Shown here: positions 57,225 through 64,000 of the stretch, piece after piece
How positions within the stretch are numbered: position 1 is the stretch's first letter
Layout of the letters: the number at the start of each line of letters is the position of its first letter
DNA from: Planctomycetota bacterium
Lineage (GTDB): Bacteria > Planctomycetota > GCA-002687715 > CAIWVZ01
Length of the DNA stretch: 64,000 bases
Assembly: GCA_044222185.1 (NCBI GenBank)
Contig: JBGANV010000009.1
Span: forward strand, 128,001 to 192,000
Direction: 5' to 3'
Notes under the pieces: model-generated
What the model was told of the DNA's origin: nothing
The model's input: only the letters and a program-made list of their open reading frames with translations
The model's database searches: none
Program-made: the position numbers and the translations under genes

Positions 57225-60071
57225 ATGACTGCGCCCCAATCCAACACGAGTGAAGTGCGACGGCTCCTCGCGTTCTACGAGGAACTCCACGCCGAGCTGG
57301 CGGCCGGGGGGAAACCCGACCTCGCGCGCTACGTCGCCCGCTACGAGGGCTCGGCCGAGGAAGTCGCGCGCGCCGTCCTGGAGGCGCTGTCGGGAGAAAC
57401 GGCGGCCGAAGGTCGGGCCAACGTTCCCGCGCGGCTTGGCCCCTACATCCTCGGGCCCGAGCGCGGGCGCGGCGGTCAGGCCATCGTCTACGAAGCGGAG
57501 GACCCGCGGCTGCGGCGCAGCGTCGCGCTGAAAGTCATCACCGGCCTGGGCCCCGGCGCCGAGATCGTCCTGCGTCGTTTCCGCCGAGAGGCCGAGGCGG
57601 CGTCGCGCCTCGACCATCCGGGAATCTGCCCGGTGTTCGACGTGGGCGTGGAGGGCGGTGCCGCCTACATCGCCATGCGGCTCCTCGACGGCGAGACGCT
57701 CTCGGATCGTCTCGCGCGCGAGCGAAACAGCCGGACCGCGCTCTCCTCCAGCGACGCGAGTCGGCGCACGGGCGAACTCCTCACGATCTTCGAGAAAACG
57801 GCCCGTGCCCTCCACGCCGCACACGAGGCCGGCATCACGCACCGCGACGTGAAACCGGCCAACATCATGATCACGGCGTCCGGCGAGCCCGTGCTGCTCG
57901 ACTTCGGTCTCGCCCACGCGGATGACGCGGGGCCGACCCTCACGCAGACGGGCGACGTGTTCGGAACGCCGGCCTACATGGCGCCCGAGCAGATCTCCGG
58001 TCACACACCTGCCGACGCGCGGACCGACGTCTGGGCGCTGGGCGCCTCGCTGTTCGAAGCCTTCGCGCTGAGGCCGCCGTTCGCGGGAGCGACACGCCAG
58101 GCCCTGGCGTCGGCGATCCTCGAGACGGATGCTCCGGATCTGCGCTCGGTCGCACCGTCGGTGCCGGCGGATCTCCGCGCCGTCGTCGCGCTGGCGTTGG
58201 ATCGGGATCCCAATCGCCGCTACCGCACGGCGCTCGAGTTCGCCGAAGACGTTCGTCGCGTACGCGAGGGCGAGCCGCCGCTGGCCAGGCCCGCGACGCT
58301 CTTCGGACGGTGGTTGCGACGCGCAAGGCGGCGACCCTTCACGGCCGTGCTCGTCATCCTCCTCATGCTCGCGGTGCCCGCGCTCGGCGTGCTTCTGGGT
58401 GTCGTCGTCGCGTCACGCCCCGCGGTCGTGGCGGCCGAGCGAGACAAGAGGGTGGCGCTTCTCGAACGCGAGATCGAGATCGGCCACGCCGCCATTCTCG
58501 AGCGCGACCTCGACGAGGCGCGCGCCGCCTTCGATCGCGCGATGGCGCTCGATCCGGACTCCGAAGATGCCGTCGGCGGGAGAGTGATGGTGGATTACGT
58601 CGCGCGCGACTGGACGGCCGCGCTCGAGCGCGCGCAGAACTCGTCGCTCTTCCCGTCGTCGGAGGGACTGAAGACGATCGCCGCGGGGTGTTTGCGGGGC
58701 CTGGGCCGCTCGGAGGAGGCCGACGTCATCGCGAAGGGCGCGCGCGCAGGCTATGACCCGTTCTCGTGTTTCGTCCGCTCGTTCGCAGCGCTGTTGCGCG
58801 AAGACGGGACCGTTGGGTCTCCGACGGCGAAAGACGCCGTGGCCGAGGCCTGGCGCGCCATCGCCGTCGCGCCCAAGCCACGCCGGATCTCATTCCACCA
58901 GCTCGCCTTCGCGGCTGCCATGGCGGCCGACGAGCCGTCGGCCCGCGCCGCGGCATCGGCGCTGCGCGCGCACTGGCGACCGACGCCCCAGTCCGAGCAC
59001 GCCGTCGGTCACGCATTGGAGAACTTCGATCTCGACGCGGCGCGGATCGCCTACACGAACGCCCTCGAGATGCGTCCCGACTGGGAAGCCGTCTGCTCGG
59101 ACCTCGTGAAGCTGGAGCGCCGTTGCTCGCATCTTCCGGCCGCCATCCGGGCTGCGGAGGCGGCGTTTCGGATCCGGCCGACGTCGGGTCGGACCGCCGC
59201 GAACCTGGGCGAGGTCTACGCCCTCTCCGGTCGTTTCGACGAAGCGATCGCCATGATGAATGCAGCCTGCGACGCGGAGCCGCAGGATCAGGAACTGGCG
59301 TTCTCACGTGCCGTCGTCCTGCGCCAGGCCTGGCGACTCTCGGAGGCGGAGGCCGCGCTGCGCAAGGTTCTGGAGTCGCAACCACGGTCGGCGCGCGCGC
59401 TGTCCGAACTCGCCGTCACGGTGCGATACCTGGGCCGATATGCGGAGGCGCTCGACCTCATGCGTCAGAGCCGCGACATCGGCGATCGCACGCCGCAGCT
59501 GGCGGCCCTGACCGTGCGGCGGCTCGAAGCGCTCGAGAAGCTCGTCGCCCGTTCGGAGGCACTGGAGGAGGTCCTCCGCGACGCCGAACTCGCGGAGTCC
59601 CTGGAGCACGACGAGCTCTCCGAGATGGCCCAGCTCGCGAGCGAGGCTGGGTACTTCCATGCCAAGTACCGGTTTCTGCAGCAGGACATGCGCGTCGCCG
59701 CGCCGGTCGGTGCGTCGCGGCCCACGGACTTCGTTCCGGACTCCCGGCGGCTCACCTGCGCGTCGGCAGCGCTGCAGGCGGCGTTCGGTGACGGGCGCGA
59801 CGCGCCCGCGGACGCCGCCGTCCGGGCGGAGCTGCGCAGCCAGGCCCTGATGCTGTTGGAACGTGCCGTCGATTCGGAGCGTGCCGTCTCCGGCTTTCAG
59901 AGAGAGCTCGCGACCCGGGAGGTACTCGACTTCATCCTGATCGGGGGAAGCATGCAGTACGCGCGGGCGATCCCTGGTTTGACGGCGTTGCCCGCGTCCG
60001 AGCGCGAGGCGTGGGCGGCGCTGCTCCGGCGCTGCGAGACCCTGCGAGACGGGACGCCGCCGAACCCATGA
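57225..60071 (+). CDS. Ser/Thr kinase with TM and TPR repeats (tandem copy 1)
   Basis: GRGGQAIVY, VALK, HRDVKPAN, DFGLA, GTPAYMAPEQ, DVWALG; TM AVLVILLMLAVPALGVLLGVVV; TPRs. Confidence 0.92.
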   Translation: MTAPQSNTSEVRRLLAFYEELHAELAAGGKPDLARYVARYEGSAEEVARAVLEALSGETAAEGRANVPARLGPYILGPERGRGGQAIVYEAEDPRLRRSVALKVITGLGPGAEIVLRRFRREAEAASRLDHPGICPVFDVGVEGGAAYIAMRLLDGETLSDRLARERNSRTALSSSDASRRTGELLTIFEKTARALHAAHEAGITHRDVKPANIMITASGEPVLLDFGLAHADDAGPTLTQTGDVFGTPAYMAPEQISGHTPADARTDVWALGASLFEAFALRPPFAGATRQALASAILETDAPDLRSVAPSVPADLRAVVALALDRDPNRRYRTALEFAEDVRRVREGEPPLARPATLFGRWLRRARRRPFTAVLVILLMLAVPALGVLLGVVVASRPAVVAAERDKRVALLEREIEIGHAAILERDLDEARAAFDRAMALDPDSEDAVGGRVMVDYVARDWTAALERAQNSSLFPSSEGLKTIAAGCLRGLGRSEEADVIAKGARAGYDPFSCFVRSFAALLREDGTVGSPTAKDAVAEAWRAIAVAPKPRRISFHQLAFAAAMAADEPSARAAASALRAHWRPTPQSEHAVGHALENFDLDAARIAYTNALEMRPDWEAVCSDLVKLERRCSHLPAAIRAAEAAFRIRPTSGRTAANLGEVYALSGRFDEAIAMMNAACDAEPQDQELAFSRAVVLRQAWRLSEAEAALRKVLESQPRSARALSELAVTVRYLGRYAEALDLMRQSRDIGDRTPQLAALTVRRLEALEKLVARSEALEEVLRDAELAESLEHDELSEMAQLASEAGYFHAKYRFLQQDMRVAAPVGASRPTDFVPDSRRLTCASAALQAAFGDGRDAPADAAVRAELRSQALMLLERAVDSERAVSGFQRELATREVLDFILIGGSMQYARAIPGLTALPASEREAWAALLRRCETLRDGTPPNP

Positions 60072-62935
60072 TCTCGCCCACCCCAAACGAGAGCGAGACG
60101 CGGCGACTCCTCGCGTTCTACGGCGAGCTGCATGACGACGTGGAGTGCGGACGTCGACCGGACCTCGCTCGCTACGTGGCACGTTTTCCCAAGGCCGCCG
60201 AAGAGGTCGCGCGGGCGGTTCTGGAGGCGCTCGGGGGAGACGTCACGGCGACGGAGTCCGCGACGGAGGTGCCGGCGAGGCTCGGGCCGTACGTGCTGGG
60301 TCGGGAGGTGGGGCGTGGCGGTCAGGCCATCGTCTACGAGGCGGAGGACCCGCGGCTCCGCCGGCCCGTCGCGCTGAAGGTGATCGCGGGCCTGGGGCCC
60401 GGGGCCGAGGCCGTCCTCCGTCGTTTTCGGCGCGAGGCCGAGGCCGCGTCGCGGCTCGACCATCCGTGCATCTGCCCCGTCTTCGACATGGGAGTCGAGG
60501 GAGGCGTCGCCTACATCGCCATGCGTCTCGTGGACGGCGAAACCCTCGCGGATCGGATCAGTCGCGAGCGCCACGCTCCTTCGCCTGCGGCGACGCAGGA
60601 CGCCCGACGTCGTGCCCTCGAGCTGCTCGTCGTGTTCGAGAAGACGGCGCGAGCGCTTCACGCCGCGCACGAGGCGGGGATCGTCCACCGCGACGTCAAA
60701 CCCGCGAACATCATGATCACGCAGGAGGGCGAGCCCGTCCTGCTGGACTTCGGTCTGGCGCACGCAGATGACGGCGGACCGAGCCTGACGCGCACGGGCG
60801 ACGTGTTCGGAACGCCAGCGTACATGGCTCCCGAGCAGGTCTCGGGCGACCGCGTGATCGACGCGCGGACCGATGTCTGGGGCTTGGGTGTGTCACTCTT
60901 CGAGGCGCTCGCCCTGCGATTGCCGTTCACCGGCGCCACGCGACAGTCGCTCCTCTCGGCCATCCTCGATGGGGAGGTTCCCGACATTCGAACGCTGGCG
61001 AAGGGTGTTCACGCGGACATCCATTCGGTGATCAGCGCGGCCCTCGAGAAGGACCCGGACCGTCGCTACCGCACCGCGCTCGAGTTCGCCGACGACCTCC
61101 GACGCGTGCGCGATGGCGAGGCGCCGTCCGCGCGGCCGGTCGGATTCGCGACGCGATGGGTGCGGCGCGCGCGCCGTCGGCCCCTCGCCGCGACGGCCGT
61201 GATCGTGCTCGCCCTGGCCGTGCCCGCGATCGGCGTCCTGACGGGGGTGCTCATCGCCTCGCGCCCGGCGGTGCTCGCTGCGGAGCGCGCGACGCTCATG
61301 GCCGCCGTCGAGCGCGAGCTCGCCATCGGGCACTCAGCGCTCACGGAGGCGCAATACGACGAGGCCGGCCCCGCCTTCGATCGGGCGGCCGCCCTCGACC
61401 CGATGTCGGAGGATGCAGTCGGCGGGCAAACGCTCGTGGACTTCTACGTGGGCCGGTGGGCCGCGGCCGTCGGTCGTCTCGAGTCGCATCCGCTGCTTCC
61501 GAGGTCTCCCGGACTGAAGCTGCTCTACTCCATGGCGCTGGAGCAAACGCACCGGGGCGCCGAGGCGAAGGCCGTCAAGGCGTCGATGGAGGGATCCGTC
61601 GATCCGTTCCTCTCCTTCGTGAAGGCGAATTGTGAACTCGCGCTCGGCGGTGAAGGGATGGCTGCCGGGGTCGCGAAACGCGCCGTCGCCGAGATCTGGG
61701 AGGCGATCGCGCTGAGTCCGACGCCGCGCCTCATCGACTTCCACTACCTGGCATTCGCCTCGGCCATGGCCGGCGACGAACGATCCGCGCGATCGGCCGT
61801 GGCAGCGCTGCGGGTTCATTGGGGCTCGACGGCGCAGACGGAGCACGCCATCGGACACGCCCTCGATCGATTCGACCTGGATCAGGCGCGCCTCGCATTT
61901 CGAAGTGCCGCGACCCTGAAGCCGTCCTGGGCGATGGTCTGGCGCGACCTGGTGCAAACCGAGCGACGTGCCGCGCACCTGGGCGCCGCGACCGAAGCCG
62001 CTGAGGACGCCCGCCGTTGCCGTCCCGGCAGCGCCGACTGGGCGTCGCAGCTCGGCGAGCTCTACCTGCTCGCCGGACGCTTCGACGACGCGGTGCGGGA
62101 GATGGAGGCCGCTTGCACCATCGACCCGAAGTCGGCGCGATTCAAGCACAACGTGGCGTCCGTGCTGCGATTGGCGGGACGCGCGGAGGAGGCGGCCGCG
62201 GCCTACCGTGCCGCATTGACGCTCGACCCGAAGTGGGCGCGGTCGGCGTGCGACCTGGCGATCGTGCTCCGCGAATCCGGAGACTACACGGGTGCGCTCG
62301 CCATGATGAAGCGGGGGCACGAGCTCGGCAGCGCCACTCCCGGCTGGAGCATGCCATCCGCGCGCTGGGTGACGGAGGCGGAGCATCTCATCGATCGCGC
62401 TGCGGCGCTGGAGGAGGTTCGCCGCGATCGCGAGGGCATGTCGGATCTGGATCACGCCGAGTTGACCGACATGGCGCGGCTTTCGAAGCTCGCAGGCTAC
62501 ACGGCGGCGGCGACGCGGCTCGTGCAGGCCGACCTCGACAAGTTTCCGCCGAAGGTCCAGCCCGGCGCCGAGGACCTCGCCGACTCGCGGAGACTCATCG
62601 GCGCGGCGACGGCGCTGCGCGCGGGCTTCGGCCAGGGGCGAGATGCTCCTGCCGATGCCGCGACGCGAGCGGAGTTCCGGGTGTTGGCCCTCGAGTGGGT
62701 CGGCGCTGCCGTCCAGGTGGCGCGGTCGGTGGCCGCGCGGGACGCTGGCAAGGTCGCGACCGCGCGGGACACGCTCGACGCAGTGCTGCTCGGCACCGAC
62801 TTCATCCTCGCGCGCGCTGCGCGGTCGAGTGCGCTCGTCCCGGCGGATGAGAGAGCGCGGTGGGCCGCGTTGCTGTCATCGACGGAGTCGCTGCGGGACG
62901 AGTTGACCTCCAATCCCAAGGGCCGGGCTCCGTGA
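60068..62935 (+). CDS. Ser/Thr kinase with TM and TPR repeats (tandem copy 2)
   Basis: Same motifs as copy 1; ATGA overlap with its stop; C-terminal RGHELGS..PGWS.PSARW motif. Confidence 0.92.
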   Translation: MISPTPNESETRRLLAFYGELHDDVECGRRPDLARYVARFPKAAEEVARAVLEALGGDVTATESATEVPARLGPYVLGREVGRGGQAIVYEAEDPRLRRPVALKVIAGLGPGAEAVLRRFRREAEAASRLDHPCICPVFDMGVEGGVAYIAMRLVDGETLADRISRERHAPSPAATQDARRRALELLVVFEKTARALHAAHEAGIVHRDVKPANIMITQEGEPVLLDFGLAHADDGGPSLTRTGDVFGTPAYMAPEQVSGDRVIDARTDVWGLGVSLFEALALRLPFTGATRQSLLSAILDGEVPDIRTLAKGVHADIHSVISAALEKDPDRRYRTALEFADDLRRVRDGEAPSARPVGFATRWVRRARRRPLAATAVIVLALAVPAIGVLTGVLIASRPAVLAAERATLMAAVERELAIGHSALTEAQYDEAGPAFDRAAALDPMSEDAVGGQTLVDFYVGRWAAAVGRLESHPLLPRSPGLKLLYSMALEQTHRGAEAKAVKASMEGSVDPFLSFVKANCELALGGEGMAAGVAKRAVAEIWEAIALSPTPRLIDFHYLAFASAMAGDERSARSAVAALRVHWGSTAQTEHAIGHALDRFDLDQARLAFRSAATLKPSWAMVWRDLVQTERRAAHLGAATEAAEDARRCRPGSADWASQLGELYLLAGRFDDAVREMEAACTIDPKSARFKHNVASVLRLAGRAEEAAAAYRAALTLDPKWARSACDLAIVLRESGDYTGALAMMKRGHELGSATPGWSMPSARWVTEAEHLIDRAAALEEVRRDREGMSDLDHAELTDMARLSKLAGYTAAATRLVQADLDKFPPKVQPGAEDLADSRRLIGAATALRAGFGQGRDAPADAATRAEFRVLALEWVGAAVQVARSVAARDAGKVATARDTLDAVLLGTDFILARAARSSALVPADERARWAALLSSTESLRDELTSNPKGRAP

Positions 62936-62944
62936 CGCCGGGGC

Positions 62945-63562
62945 TCAGCCGTCGTCGACCAGATCGTTCGTGATGCCGGCGTCGCGCAAACGCGCTCGCA
63001 AGCGCTGCCATCGCTTGGCGACCGCTTCGGCACCGATGCCGAGATCGACCGCCGCCTGCGCGGCCGTCGCGCCTTCGAGGCCGCACAGCACGAGGAGATT
63101 CCGGTCGTCGTCGTCGAGTTCGCGGAACTTCTCGATCATGGCGCGGAGGGCCTCATCCTTCGCCACGCGCGTGCTGATGGGCGTGGCGTCGTCCGGCGTC
63201 TGCGAGACGGTGGGGCCTCGCGGGACCGCTGGAGTCGTGTGGACCCGGCTGCGCACGGTGCCGCGGCGGAAGGCGTCGAGGAGCACGTGCGACGCGATGC
63301 CGAAGACCCAGGCGCGGAACGACGTCGTCGCGGGATCGAACGTGCCGAAGGACGCGAACGCACGCCACCACGTCTCCTGCACCACGTCCTCGGGGGCGAG
63401 ATTGCGCCGCGTCGCGGGGCGGATGCGGAGCGCGGCCCAGGCGTAGATCGCGGGCGCCAGTCGTTCGTAGAGCGACCCGAAGGCGCCCCGATCGTTTTCG
63501 CGGGCGCGGTTCGCCAACGCTTGCGTCACGTCGCCAGGCGGCGGTGGAGTCTCATCCGGCAT
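62945..63562 (-). CDS. ECF RNA polymerase sigma factor
   Basis: DRGAFGSLYER, PEDVVQETW, SFRAWVFGIA, region 4 LEGATAAQAAVDLGIGAEAVAKRWQR. Confidence 0.9.
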   Translation of the reverse strand: MPDETPPPPGDVTQALANRARENDRGAFGSLYERLAPAIYAWAALRIRPATRRNLAPEDVVQETWWRAFASFGTFDPATTSFRAWVFGIASHVLLDAFRRGTVRSRVHTTPAVPRGPTVSQTPDDATPISTRVAKDEALRAMIEKFRELDDDDRNLLVLCGLEGATAAQAAVDLGIGAEAVAKRWQRLRARLRDAGITNDLVDDG

Positions 63563-63645
63563 GCCGGGCCCATTGTGTCCGTCGCGACCGGCGACGTCGA
63601 GGGAGCCTGGCGGGGGACGCGCGCGGACCCTGCATGAACCGTGGC

Positions 63646-64000
63646 CTATGGATTCGCCTTGGGCGGCGGGTCCGGCCAGCGGAACTCGCTTGGACGCTGT
63701 GGCCTGCGCGGCTTCAACGGAGTTTCGGCCGGGTTCGGAATGAGCTGATCGAGGCCCACCGTCGACGGATCGCTGACGACGGACTCGGTCCCGGTGGCCT
63801 CGAGCGCGCTGACCTCACGGAGCTGGGCGCCCGAGAAGTCCGCACCCGTCAGATCCGAACGAGAGAGGCTCGTCCGCAGCAGGCTCGCGCGACGGAACGA
63901 CGTGCCGCGGACGTTGGCCGAGCGGATCTGCGTTCCCACGAGCTTCGCGTCCGTCAGGTCGGCGCCCTCCAGGCAGACGCCGCTGAAGAGCACGCCTTCC
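63646..64000 (-). CDS. Pentapeptide repeat protein, C-terminal part (truncated by window edge)
   Basis: ADLTD AKLVG TQIRS ANVRG TSFRR ASLLR TSLSR SDLTG ADFSG AQLRE. Confidence 0.85.
   Translation of the reverse strand, partial: EGVLFSGVCLEGADLTDAKLVGTQIRSANVRGTSFRRASLLRTSLSRSDLTGADFSGAQLREVSALEATGTESVVSDPSTVGLDQLIPNPAETPLKPRRPQRPSEFRWPDPPPKANP

Overview
High-GC bacterial window, most likely from a Planctomycetota lineage (inferred from the ECF sigma/Ser-Thr kinase-TPR modules, the DUF1800/DUF1501 pair, FGE-sulfatase and carboxypeptidase-regulatory-like repeat proteins). It has about 34 genes. Many encode large exported proteins: an astacin/FG-GAP/LTD protease, an S8 protease with 9 Ig repeats, a 2178-aa beta-helix protein with an exact 555-bp repeat period, and several beta-propellers. 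These are interleaved with ECF-kinase signalling modules and a small metabolic block (amidase, DUF1501/DUF1800, threonine dehydrogenase/kbl, PPK2, MFS, amidohydrolase). Most notable: (1) a shared ~110-aa C-terminal domain on seven otherwise unrelated secreted proteins, plus one N-terminal copy, which is a candidate undescribed sorting/anchoring system; (2) a membrane-anchored Prx/AhpC-like selenoprotein (in-frame UGA in UxxC plus a SECIS-like hairpin) that the ORF track splits in two; (3) a RAYT transposase flanked by two classes of long REP-like arms that differ in sequence but share a predicted structure; (4) a 23-bp palindromic bidirectional leaderless promoter between tdh and kbl. All calls come from reading motifs by eye; no database searches were run.
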